A stretch of DNA of 64,000 nucleotides from Cenococcum geophilum (lineage: Eukaryota). The first letter of the stretch is position 1, and each line of letters begins with the position of its first letter. A program made the translations under genes and the position numbers. Under the pieces are notes generated by a model. That model saw nothing but the letters and a program-made list of their open reading frames with translations, ran no database searches and was not told the origin of the DNA. The stretch lies in contig CP158636.1 of NCBI GenBank assembly GCA_050273025.1, positions 8,308,001 through 8,372,000 on the forward strand. Direction: 5' to 3'. This document shows, one piece after another, positions 12,805-25,745 of the stretch.

Positions 12805-13918
12805 AGTTACAATCTAACGCTGGCTTTCGTATTGAGTATCCAGCACAAGGACGATTTCTCAGGAAAAGGCACGGCTGCGTCCTGTAAGAGGATATAAATC
12901 ACAACTGAGCTTGAGCTCAGACCGTTCCCTGGCCAAAGCCTTGAATCCTGCTCGGAAGCAAGTACGACCATTCCTATTCGGCAATTTTATGCAGGATTCG
13001 GGAGTAACTGGAATGATTCATTACGCGTAGACTCGATTGGAGTTTCGAAGAGAGTATCTGTTGTGCTGTCTTAAGACCCGCATGGTTCTGCGGATCGTGC
13101 AATTGGCGAACCTGCTAAAAATACCTTGTTGGTGCGTCCAACTGTAATTTCTCGACCTAGAAATCCCCACAAAGCTGAGGGAATTTCCACTATCAATCCG
13201 CCAGTTAACCTTAACCACCAATGTCCCTCAGTCTCTCTCACTACGGACTCCCCGCGAGCCCTGCGAACAGATCTACGGGCATGCGCTTTGCGCGCCAGGA
13301 GGACTCTGCATCAGCTGGGATGAATGCAACCAGAAACTCGCTACCCAATCGCCGGCTGCATTGCGCACCAACCGCGCCGTCTTCCCCGAAACCACAGAAC
13401 TGCTCAGGAATGGAAGTTAATACTCCCGAGAACCCTGTTACCACAAAGCTGGAGCCGAGCCCCAAAAAGAACCTGGAGATACACGGCATTGTTCGTAGGG
13501 AGAATAGAAATAAGGAAAATCCTAGAATCTCGACGTCAAATGGCATCGTGCACTAAGCGAACTACGAAGTTTTCCGAAATCTGGACCGCACATAGCAATA
13601 TGGGCTAATGGGATCGCGATGTTCTAGAAGATTGATCACAGGTTGTAGCCAGCACTAAATATGTAGAAGGCTTCCGTAAGATACCTTCAAAACCTCAATT
13701 GGTGTTCGAAAGCAGAGGTAGCCTCTGTCACAATGCGTTATTTCCCGAGCTTGCAGTTTAATGCATCATGCCGCCCAAGAAGCTCATGCCAGCGCTCAAA
13801 AGTCTTCACCAATCAGTCAGTTCAGCTACCACGTTGTTAGCTTTATTCATAGAATAATTTAAAACTCACAAACCTATGACTTAGCCTTTCGCGAGTCTTT
13901 AAACTTCTCAAGTCTGCC

Positions 13919-15463
13919 TTAGATTATTTCATTGCTCAGACGCCCGCTCTCGGCACTTTTCTTTTCAATCACCGTCAGCTCTTCGCAAATTTTCCACATC
14001 TCTTCGGCTTTTCTTTTCCCTTCCTCCCTAAACCTCTCCGCGCAAAGCCTCCCAAACCGGTCGGGATGCCACCGAAGCCTTTCTTGCCGTAACCACTCAC
14101 AACTATACAATCCTGATCCCCGAAATAGGGCCTCGACGTCATGCTTGCATGCACGTAATCCGGAGGCAACAGATTTGGTTGGAATACAAGAGGGTAGTCT
14201 GCATGCGACGAGAGCCGGAGGAAGATGCGGGAAGGAAGTAATGAGAGATGGGTTGGGTGGATTGGATGGTGAACTTATATTGGTTGGGGACACTGCACTT
14301 CTAGGTCCACGCCGAGACGGAGATTTTGGGGTCGCTCGAGCTGCAACTGCAGCTGCAAAGAGGGTAGCGCAATGAGTGGACCAGGTTTCATAGTGTGCTT
14401 GAGCTGCAGGGGTGGGTGTACTGGCAGGATTCCAGGATTGGCCGGGGTTAGAATGGGACGGACGCTTCTGTGCAGAAGGCTCCCCGGGCGGTGGTCGCTT
14501 CTCGAAGAATGAGGAAGCAAATGCTTCCAGTGCTTCACTATTCGAATCATCGATGGCGCCTTGCCAGGTCTTATCGGACCGGATAGCAACAAATTGGTCA
14601 GATTTGGTTGGGTCGAACGCGACGAACTGCTATTCAATTAGCATTGAAATCATGCCAATTATGAAAGGTTAAAACTATTCAAGATGCAAGAAGAAATCGA
14701 GTCACGAGAGCATTTAGAATTACCGCAAGTTCACTCCATTCAAACTCTTCATCTTCCCACTCGTCCCAAGTTTCCGCTAAACTCTCGAATCCATCCGGAA
14801 TTTCCCAAGCTGCAGCACCGTACTCAGACAGCATAAACCAGGCACCATCAGCTCCGAGAGCCACCATGCGTGGCGGACCTACTTTCCAGCCTGCAGGACT
14901 AAGCCATGCTTGTACTGTTTCTTCCAAAGATTCGGGAATGTTAGACCAGCGCATGCTGTTACGGTCCCAAGCAAAAAAACCTGATTTAGGACCGAACACT
15001 ACTCGAAGATTGCCGTCACGCCGAACTGTCTGTGATTCTTCATCAAAGAGATATGATTTCAAGGCCGAAGGGCATCCGTCCCCGAAGTCTGCGCGAGTTT
15101 AGTCTGTGTGGAGCGAAACATAAAAGCTGCTTTGCAAAATGAGAGGCGCTTGGTATCACTCAAAGAGTTCACGGAAATGAATTGGACATAGCTTTGCAAC
15201 TTACAAATTTTGGTATTTTCTTTCTCCTTCATGCACGACAGCACCCATGAGTCTTCATCCGGACCAATGGAAGCCCATTCAACATTCGATATGATTCCTG
15301 AGGCAAGTAGGTGGAGTAAAGTACGAGGCGGATTCCGACTAGCATTATATTATTAGTACAAGGGCTGGAGGGTGGAACAAAAATATACATACTACGTTAA
15401 GCCATCCGGCGACTTAGATATATAGCTGTCATCTCGCCCAAACAAAAAGAAATATTGTTCCAT
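13919..15463 (-). CDS. Uncharacterised repeat-domain protein with C-terminal J-domain-like HPD motif (paralog A), 4 exons
   Basis: Spliced model: MEQYFFLFGRDDSYISKSPDGLT|YRNPP...NTKI|YFGDGCPSALKSYL...WSELA|..FVAFDP...; canonical introns; C-terminus WLRQERLRWHPDRF. Confidence 0.8.
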
Positions 15464-16023
15464 GCCTGCGGTGAAAGAGAGTTGTTTAACGACAAGACCA
15501 CTATGAGATCATGCGGAAATGCATGTCAAAGAACACGCAAAGAAACGGCAAGCTAGCGGGCGTTTTTTCTGGCCATAGATGTTCTCCAACGCCCCTCCGG
15601 AAATGCACAAGAAACCGCATTGACTTCGCGACAGAGGAAGGCCGGGGCAGGCATGGCAGCTCGATGGTGATCTTGTCATGGTCGTTTTCCTTGCTCTGAC
15701 CCTGGTTGAAGATCCAACGGTCTTGGCACGGCCGCTTCCTTCTTTCGACCTCGCTGGTGTCCAACTTCCGCGCTCATATCCTCATCCCTTAGATATTATA
15801 TTCATTCTCATTTATCCCCACAGTCTAAGCAACTATCATATCCTCATAGATGAAAAGCTATTATGCTTATGTAATTACGTATCACCACCAAATGATGTAA
15901 CAAGCAGTATCTACCTGCAAGTTCCACCCCGATCCATCATAAAACCATCCTAGCCTGGCATCTAGGCAAAGATATTGCTCACTTCTTGTGCGTAGCGAGC
16001 ATATATGTCTAGAAGGAGCAATT

Positions 16024-17022
16024 ATGTGTGATTCTATCTTTGCATTCGGTCAAAGAGGTGGATACTATTTCGAATGCCCCTCTAAGCGATGCCAGTAAGT
16101 GGCTATCTCTCCATCTATCAAGCTCTCCTGCATCTCATTTTATAGCAGTTCTTCTCTTCCGAAGCAACTCAACACTCTCTTCACTGAAAACAAGGCTGCC
16201 GGAGTTTATCACATGACCATTGGAGCCAGTGGTAGTTTCACGATAAGTTACAAGGAAAGAAACGGAACTCATCATATTAGTATGTATTTTCAATTTTCCA
16301 TCACATTAAGACTATTTTTCTGATTCTGTGTAGAAAGTCATGGTCTCCCTGATCCTCTTAATGCCTTCCTTCACGAACAAGACCGTCAGGGCCGCTATCT
16401 TCGCGATCTCAAGAATATAAGCATTTGCATAGGCCCATACAACGAATCCTGGTTTGCATCAGATGGGAAATCCTGGCTCTGGATGAACCTTCCATCCGGA
16501 CTCGAAGCTGCGCTTCGAGCCCGCATGAGAGACGGAAATTGGACCGACAGACCTCGAATCGTTGCACTTGGAGCCAACGACGATTTCCTGATGATCACTG
16601 AAGGCAATACAGCCGTATGGAGTCTGGGGTCTTACCGTGCCCTCTCGAAAATGATTCAATTCTCCAAAACCCAAAATGATGGAATCGCCTCGATCCACTC
16701 CGTCGTGCTACACCCTTACCGCTTCCAGTCCTTCATAGCACAATCCGTAAACGGTGTCATTATCTCGGAGAATCTGCCTCCGCATATGCAAAATGATTTT
16801 GTGGCTACAAAAGAAGCCATCAAATCCGACACAGCCCAAGGCCGACTGCCCCGGCATAGCATATCGCGACCGGGTCCGTCTCGGCAAGCGACTTTGCACC
16901 ACGAGTGGTCGAACCAGGCGGATGGGGCTCGAGAAGAGCTAGAGCGAGAATATAAGGTGAAACTGAAAGTCACACTGAATCTCTCAGCCGGCTCAATCTC
17001 AAGAATGTTCGGGGGCCGTTGA
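16024..17022 (+). CDS. Uncharacterised repeat-domain protein (paralog B), 3 exons
   Basis: Spliced model: MCDSIFAFGQRGGYYFECPSKRC|HSSLPKQL...THHI|KSHGLPDPL...WMNLPSGLEAAL...PRIVALG; GTAAGT and GTATGT introns; continues into ORF 16483-17022. Confidence 0.8.
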
Positions 17023-17505
17023 GATATCCTATTCGCAAGAGAATTCTAAGTCAGGCTCCTGGTCTTTGTCAGTAAATACTGCAGCAAACTTGCAATGCAA
17101 TATAATTACGGCCCTTTTACGAACCAAACAGATCAAAGTTAAACATCGAAGCCAAAACGGCCAAATTCACCCTTCATCAACCGTCCTTGGACCTTCTGCA
17201 AGCGTGTGTTGCGATATTGACGCGCGAGATGTCAGTATAGCGAGATGGCTTTTCTAAGGGTTTTCCAACCTCATTATCCCCATTCAGAAATAAAATATCG
17301 CATTATTGCATCTCAAGACCATATTAGCTAATTCAAAGTCTTTGCCCACCAGCTTGGTATCTAGGTATCCTTGGCTGCCAGCGCCTCAAAATGCTAAAAA
17401 TCAAACCTTGAGACCACAAATTAAGTCAGTGCCTTAAGAAACGTAGAACCTCACGAACACTGAATGCATTCACTGCATGCCCAATTCAATACAATCTCCC
17501 ACGAA

Positions 17506-19637
17506 CTATCCATCTTCGTCGTCTTCAAAATCAAGATCTTCACCCTCCAAATGTTCCGCCTCAATATCCGATGATGCATCGCTCGATGATCCGTATGGTG
17601 ATCCAGAGCCAACGCTTCCAACTAAGGCTTCAGGCGATATATCGCGTACATCGCAATCTCCGGAGGGAGGTAGAGAGATATTTGTTTCACGAGGGAAAAA
17701 CTTCTTGACATGCCGGCTTTGATTTGGACTGGTGAGGAGGAGTTTAAAGAAACATCCCAAGTGAGAGTCGAGGCTAAGCTCGCAGAGCATTGAAGCAACT
17801 ATTTCCAACTCATCCTCCAAACTCGCCCTCTCGTACAACGAAATTCCGTCAACAATGCAGAAGACGACTGTATGGGCGGGCAGCTGGTAGATAAGGTTCC
17901 TAAAGGTTTCGCAGAGATGACCCAGCTCATGGTTCTCGAGAAGAACTCTATAGTCATGTGAATTGACGAAATCGAAGTGAAACCTGTAGTTTCGAAGAAG
18001 TTGTGCGATAAGACTTCTCATCAAACCACGAGGGCCAGAGAGATCGTCGTCGGAGGCAGTATGGAGACCACAAAAGAAGCTTAGTCGGCAAGGTGCCTTA
18101 TTTCTCAACTCTCGAAAGCTCCGGATCAAAGCTGCGCAAAGCGTTGACATTGGGGTGATTCGTTCCAACTCAAAATCATCTATATTGCCGTCGACTAGGA
18201 GCGCCTCCGAGCTTTTCGACGCAATCCATTCCTGAAACTGCCTCGAATGAAGTAACCATGCTCCCTCTCCATGAAGTGATTCCTTGATTGCTTCATCTTT
18301 CCTGAGCATATTCTCGATGTCCTGAGCTGGAATGATGATGTCTACCGCAAGGCTCTGCAAGAGCTGATCCTGGTTAATGTAGGCCTTCGAAAAGTCTATG
18401 GGCGGCGATGGGCTTCTTGTCGCAGAACTCCCTGGAAGTTATCAGCATTTGTGTCTCCTTATAAAATATGCGAATAGGCCACTCAGGGGAAATACTAACA
18501 TTGGGCATGGTGGAGGACATCAAGGCACAGCTGAATCAAATATTCTCTGCTCTCTCTTCCAGCAGCTTGCGATTTCTTCCACTCATCTTTCCAGTCCTTG
18601 TCACGATTTACAAACTGCCCGAATTCTTTCCGATGATCATCAACTTCTCTCCTGATCCCTTGAGAATCCCGGCGAAGGGGCGGAATCTGGATAGACATAC
18701 AACCAACCGAGGTTTCCACGCGACCAATCGAGGCCTCCACATTCCTTTGAATCAATCCCCCTAAGGTTGTATATTTCTCCCGAAACGCTCTCAATTGTCT
18801 ACGGACCCTTTCCAGTAAATCGTCGAGTTTCTTTCCTGCAATCGGTCCCTTGACAATGTACGTGGTAGTTTTCCCCGATGGTGTAAGTATTCGGAATAGT
18901 ATCCGGAGGTCTACTTACTGTAAGGGTTATCAGTAAACCACGATATCATTTCATCCATAGCTTTCAGAATGGTTTCGTAAAGGTTGACAGCTAGGTTTTT
19001 TAGGTCGTTATTGAAAGGATGTAGCGTCCGCTTCTCGTAAGCTCCCTGAATCATACCAGTCAATTCTTGAAAAGCCTCCATAATCCTGATTCGGCTATCC
19101 GCCAGCTTCGACGCGGCCTATAAACGTGTCATTAGTTCTCGAATATCACTGCAACACTAAGGTTAAGGGGGGATACCGTGAACAGCCGCGTTAATACTCC
19201 CTGGATTGGTTTCGCATATGTTCCTTGAGGCGCCAAATCCAACCAGACAACAATTGCCGACGCCCATTCTCCATTTTTCCTCAGGAACTTCCGCAATTCC
19301 CCTCCGTCAGCAATGTACTTCTGCTCAGCGCTATTCGCCATTTTGAGTACATCATCCCATGTCGTATTCGTTAAAGGAGAATATTTGAATCGTGCTTTCG
19401 ACCCCATATCCTTGTAGTATCTTTCCATTGCAGTTTCAAGATCCCTACGGTCGTAAGTATTGCTACCAGTGTAACCTCAAAGTTTTCGCTTATGAAGACC
19501 TACTTGGATGGTCCCCAATTCCCCGGGTCAGATTCTTGTATGTCCGGCCCTTCACGAGTTGCAAAAGCTGGATGAATGGCCGGACCTTCCTGCTGTACCC
19601 AGTCCCAAGCCTGCTTTCTATTATCGACAGAGAACAT
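17506..19637 (-). CDS. Fungal NLR-like protein: N-terminal helical (Goodbye/DUF7708-like) region plus degenerate NACHT (NPHP3_N-like) domain, no repeat domain, about 5 exons
   Basis: ATG 19637 (MFSVDNRK...). Exons include WDDVLKMA...WLDLAPQG and WLL.SRQFQEW....SEALLVDGN...SFFCGLH...LMRSLIAQLL...VFCIVDGISLYE...FKLLLTSP. Acidic tail. Confidence 0.8.
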
Positions 19638-21660
19638 CTTTAGGAGTTGCAGCAGAGTCAATTGATGATTGGATTGTGATCAGGTGTCATCAGCGCATAT
19701 GAGTGCTTTGGGATACACTTAAATTCAACTTGTCCTAGAGACAGAAGTTATGTATGTGGACGGCAGACATCAAAAGCCAGTTTCTACCCTCCAGGAAGCA
19801 GAAGGGAAATTGACCGGTTGAAGTCCGGTCAGCACGCAGACAATTGAGTGTGGCTATGTGAACTGTCCCATTCGTTAGATTTATGCAGCCATATATGGAA
19901 AGTGAGGTCCGCAAAGTGAGGCCCGGAAGGCTAGGAGCATTCCCCGCATATGGCGTGGGGTGAAAAAATGGGAAAACTTCGCGGGGTGTAAGGCAAATAT
20001 GATGAATAGGTTCGACCTATTGATAAGAGATAAAGCGTAGCCTTAAATCTAGAAGGCAAATAGAAGGTAGCAGGGAACTCGCAAAAGGCTACGCAAACGT
20101 GTGACAAGGCTAAAGCTTTACATCTCTCGAAGAGTGACCCAGAAGGCGGGTAAAAACGCCTCATTTTGAGCTGACAAGGATCATTGGAGTACACCGGCTA
20201 GTCAAATACGAACTTTTAGAAGCCATCAGAATTTACATATCTCGAAACAAGAACTGCTACTATAAATCAGTGCCAAAATGGTTGATGAAGAAGTGGGTCA
20301 TTTCGAGTGCGGGTCGAAAGAGCTGCGTTTGAATTATCTACCCCTCGCATCGTTGTTTCGCGAGAAGGATCCCGTGCAGCATGGAGCATAATAGCCTCTA
20401 AAGAATTTCGAGTCCTCTGTACCCCCCACGCGATCATTCCACCAGCCCTCCGTTCCAACTCTGGAGTCCTTGGAGGCGTTTCCGGGACGTAATCCTACGC
20501 TAAGTCATCTGCCCAATCTGGAGCGACTCGGCTGGAGCATCGAAAGCCTCACTTGGATATACCTCTTCATCCAGAGCGAAGCCTCCACAAACCTTCAAGC
20601 TACTACCTAGAGGAGCTACGTGCATTAAGAAATAGTTTCGCATAGCCCTCCATTTTACCCCGCACTAGATGTTATTAGAGGACCTTCTCTTACTTCTCTT
20701 TCGTAATGCTATGCATAATAGACCCAACTCGATTGCTTCAGCCGTACGAGGCATCTAAAGTCTCGTTGCCCTCTTGGATATAACCATTTTCCCCGCTTCT
20801 CGTCCAATTGGGAGTATTCCCGGCAGCTGCACTTGCAAACCTGTCTATCCTTTATTCTAGGGTAAGCAAGAAGGCACAGTAAGCCACTTTTGAATTAAAA
20901 GATGACTGAAGCAGACTCCGCAGCCGGCTGGGAATGCCTTGTGGGACTCTGATATATGATTGGCCCGTATCATTATTTTGCTCGTCTTGTTCTTCATGAT
21001 AATCACAACTTCAGGAAGATAACAGCGAGGCTACCAATTACATGTGTGTGTGAGAGAGAGAGAGAAACCCAATCGAATGGTCGTGTGATTCTTATCTTTT
21101 GTGAAGGCTGTAATTTCCCAAAGGAAACCCTAGATCTAGTCCGATGTCCGTTCTTGTTGCGGCACTAGAGCTGAATAGCAGTAGGTGGCATGCGAGCAAT
21201 AGCCCGTCTCGATTCCATCTTCAGCAGAAGCATATAAGTCTGACGGACCTCACTCCATTTCTATTTGAATAACAACTCGCTATTTATGGTCTTCTTGAAC
21301 CATAAAAACTGAGCTGGAGCATCATATCAGCATCACTTGAATTTGCGATGGTCACTTAAGTCTTGCTCAGTCCAGCATCCCTGATCCATTGATATTTACG
21401 ACGATATCCTGAAGCCCTTCTGGATACTTCCAGGTAAACTTTGGACCTACCAGAGGCTCATGAAGATGTCGAGAAACCCAAACTTACTTTTCACAGAGCA
21501 AGTAAAGCGGCATAGAAACCTCGAGACAAGATAACCTAGACTGTCCCTCGCTCTCAAATACATCTAATTTTGAGTAAGTGTCCTCTTCACAAAATAAAAA
21601 TGCTGGACTTTAAGTAACCTGATATAGTTTCTTAACTCCACAACGCCTTTCCGTTGAATC

Positions 21661-24600
21661 ATGTCTGATGCCAATTCGTCCTCCGGCGGAAGCCGCCATG
21701 AATCGGGGTGTGCTGAAGAAACGCCATTGAGTTCTGGGTTTCCAAGTCCAGTCGAGGGAAAGGAGAACTATGTCGGCTTTGAAACTTGTGCTAATGAAGC
21801 TGATGATGTGGCACGGATGGCTAATCAGAACCCCCCCAACCATCTCTACACTATTGAGGATAATATGCATCATGAGTATGACTTAGGCTCTGTTGAACAA
21901 GGCCAAGACTGCATGAGGCAACGTCAAAGCCATATACGACCTCACTACGACGGAGTGCGGCCAGAAGAGGCTTTTGGAAGACGATCCTCTCAGCTGTCCA
22001 GTCTACTCGACGACGAGTTCACCGACCAAGATTCCGAGTTTCACCCGACGGAAGAGCATGTTGAGAAAGCACGAGCCAAAGTACAACAATATTCCCAATA
22101 TATCCATGTGATGGAAGAGCGAGTTAGCCTTATTGAATCAAAAATCCGAAAGATGGAGACAACCGATGAAACAGTCAAGCCAAGCAAGCCCAAACCGAAA
22201 GAGCTTCACCTGCCTGCGATACCCGAACTTCACTTTGTCAAATGGTTTGACTTCAAACACAAATATGCAGATGACAAGAAGGTCTACGCAATAGAAGTTC
22301 TCGTTGGAAATGCGAGGTATTTCCACCAGTACAAGATCGATGAGCAGATCAGAAAGTACGTTGCGAGAGGCGGCATTTACGAGAGCGATTCAACCCCACA
22401 AGTCTCCCAGGCGGATTATACCCCAGGCTCACTCCAAGAAATGCCTGGGCGTATCAGGATCAACTCCCACCCTCTTCTAGCAGTCCTTTCTCACATAGCG
22501 GCTAAAGATTGGTCAATGAGACCTCGAGTTGTGCTGAAACCTTACAAACTTCTCGTTCATTTTGAGTCAGAAATTAGGGAGTACCTCAAGAAGCTGGAAA
22601 ATAAATGGGCTCATGCCGACATACCTCAGCTCCGTGGCAGAAGTGCCCGGGTGGACTCTCATAGTTCTACGCGAATGGATTACCAAGTCGGTACACACGC
22701 AGAAAAAAATGTAAACGTGGCAGATGTCCACAGGGAATTAGGAGATAATGTTGAGGGCGCCAACCATAGCGTTCCAGAGAGTATGAACTCTGACATTAAG
22801 ACACATGCGGACATACATGAAGAGAAACAACCGAATGACTTTGAAGAAATACTGGAGAGCTATGAAGCTCTTTCCGACCTCAAATGCTTGGTAAGATTTA
22901 TGAACAGGTATCTTTCTCCGACATTGAAACACTTCAATAAAGCTTCGTTAAAGAAGATCGAGTTTGAGGATCTGTGGTATCTCTTCAAACCTGGCGATGA
23001 AGTTTATGCTCCAGCACCGAAGATAGCTGCGATGGAGATCAACCACCAAACATCACCCGAGAAAGCTAGAAGGCCTAACAGGTACCAGACTGCCTGGCGT
23101 GTTCTATTTGTTGGTGGAGGACGTCCAGCTCTTACAGCCGATGAAGAGACTAAACCACTTCTAGAGGCGCGGCCTCATGATTTTATTTTAACCTGTTACT
23201 ACCTCGACTACAACGGCCGACAATATGGCCCGACATGTTGCAATTTTGTCATTAAGCCGTTTGAGGGTGCAATTGATATCACATCCCTTGAAGTATACCC
23301 ATGGAAATACGCGAAGATGGGTCCTACCATTCGGGAAAGACTAAGGAAAGAGGGAGAGTTATTTCAAGAATATGTTGATGCGAAACATCTTACGTATGAT
23401 GGGACTTCATTGACTCATCACCCCTGCGGCCGTCCTCTCTTGGTGCCTGGCGCGCCAAACCACCCTGAGGGGATTGAAGGCCAAGTGATTGTTGGTTTCG
23501 AGGAAGGAGTTCAAATTGATCCTGGTTGGCTTGCCCCTATTGGCTTTCCAGACGAGATGAATGTATTCTCTAGCGAAGTTGTTGAGAGCTATCCAACCAG
23601 ACTGTGGACAGATCGAGACCAGGTGACATCTACGGATTCCTGGACCGACATTATCCACTCCGACATTTCGATTGACAAACTACGCTACACGGAATTAGTC
23701 GAATCAGATCCTTTCTTAAGAGCTTGGGAGAGTCGTTACTTTAACGAGAATGGCGTAGATGATGGAGTCTTGCGAGACGAGGATTTGATACTACTGCCAA
23801 CACGAGTGCTTGCCTACGTATTTCGAGAACGCAAATTTGCACTTCTCAGCCTTCAAGGCCTTAGAAAGTGCAGAACCGACGGCGACGGATTTGGAAATTT
23901 GAAGCTTCTCCCAGGATACAAGAAGATGGTCAAATCCTTAGTTATGACCCATTTCATGAAGAAAAAGGCTTTGATTACCTGGGGGGGAAATGACACCATG
24001 GATTTTGATGTGGTCTATGGCAAAAGCCGTGGTTTAATTATACTTTTGCACGGAGTTCCAGGTATGAGTGCCTTGAAATGTGTTTGAAGCATTTTCTGAT
24101 CCCAAAGCAGGTGTTGGAAAAACATCGACTGCGGAATGTGTAGCTGAGGCTACGGGGAAACCACTCTTTCCCATCACTTGCGGAGATCTCGGTTTAACTC
24201 CAGAGCATGTCGAGAAAACCCTCCGAGATACCTTTCACCTAGGTCAGCTGTGGGATTGCGTACTTTTGCTTGATGAAGCAGATATTTTCCTTGCTCAGAG
24301 GAATAAGACTGATTTGCAGCGCAATGCTCTTGTATCAGGTCAGTATTTTTGGTCTTAAGAAATTAACTAAAACTGATGAGATTTACAGTCTTCCTACGCG
24401 TTCTTGAATATTACAGCGGCATTCTGTTCCTTACAACTAACAGAGTTGGCGTTATTGATGAGGCCTTCAAATCACGCATTCATGTTACATTGCTCTACCC
24501 AGAGCTTTCAGAGCAGCAGACAAAGGCCATTTGGAAAATGAACCTCGACCGTCTCAAAAAGATAGATAAGGAGCGAGCCGAAAGAGCGCATGATCCCGAA

Positions 24601-25302
24601 ATGATAATTGATGACAGTGCCATAATGGAATTCCAAAAGGGGCATTTCCAAGAGTGCCGGGATAATAGAAGGGTATGGAATGGAAGGCAAATCCGAAATG
24701 CATTCCAAACCGCATCAGCACTGGCACTCTTCGATGCACACCAAACCAATATAAGCCGCTTCGACGAACAATCAGACGTGGAAAAAACACCGCCGGTCCT
24801 CAAGGTCGAGTACTTTGAAAAGGTTGACAAAGCCTCCAGTGACTTCGACCTATACATTTCGGAAACAGCTGGGGTGGGAGGTAAGAGCGCTGCGGAGCGG
24901 GCAAGAGATCGTGGTGAACGGGCCGACCATTTGAAGTTCTATGGAACCAGACCACTTGAAAGCCAGACGCAACTTAGATCTCCAAACACCCGGCGGACGT
25001 CTTTTGGTCACGATGGCGTTCGACAACAGGGCCCGAATTCGCATTATTCAGGCATGCATATGCACCGGGAGCACAGCCAAGTGTATGGTTCTTCGCCAAG
25101 GGCGACCTCCCAGTTTAATAATTCGACTAGTTTGTACGACCCCCGTCAGCCTAGATCGAATACAGGAATGTACGAACACCAACAGCCGCAACATATTGGA
25201 TCGGAAACCGCCATCTACCACGACAATATACCTTTGGGTACTACACCACGTCCGATCCGTCGGGAGTCATGCAACGAATATGACTACAGTAATGAAGATT
25301 GA
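21661..25302 (+). CDS. Large fungal AAA+ ATPase with DUF7025-type N-terminal domain and AAA lid, 3 exons
   Basis: FEDLWYLFKPG, CYYLDYNG, FEG..DITSLEVYP. Walker A GVP|GVGKT (split by intron about 24062-24110), Walker B LLLDEAD, sensor-1 FLTTNR, Arg finger SRIH, NGRQIRN. Second intron about 24339-24388. Confidence 0.92.
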
Positions 25303-25745
25303 TTGTTTTCCATTAGAATATTGGAGATTTTGGTTTATAACTCCCTTGTCTTGGCGGTCGTTTTGGAAGTATATGCAAGGCGCCATGTCGAAAATTGGGT
25401 AATGGCCTCATTGTTTTAAATTAATGCTAATGGTTAGGGATACTAAGTTGTTCTACTTCACATTCTTATGGAGATATTTACCAAATTGGCAAAAGGACTT
25501 TTCCATAAAAATCCTGTAACCGCGGCGTTCCTAGGCTGATATGTATTGGATTTCTGTATCACAATGCACTCATTTGGAAAACCTTTGACACCTAGCTCAG
25601 AGGGTAAAATATAGAGCAAACCCCCGTTAAATCACTTTGGATATGGATACCATTTGGAGATAACCGGGGATGAATGGCTACGATTCCTGAAATTGCGTCG
25701 TTTGTGGTTTTAAGTTTCCCTGAACTGAAGAGGCATCTTAGCTCT

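Noticed and set aside
13221..13556. 111-aa ORF and overlapping ORFs
   Set aside because: Low complexity, no motif or splice support; a small orphan gene cannot be excluded.
24062..24110. Apparent broken Walker A in the AAA+ gene
   Set aside because: A GTATGA...CAG intron restores GVPGVGKT.
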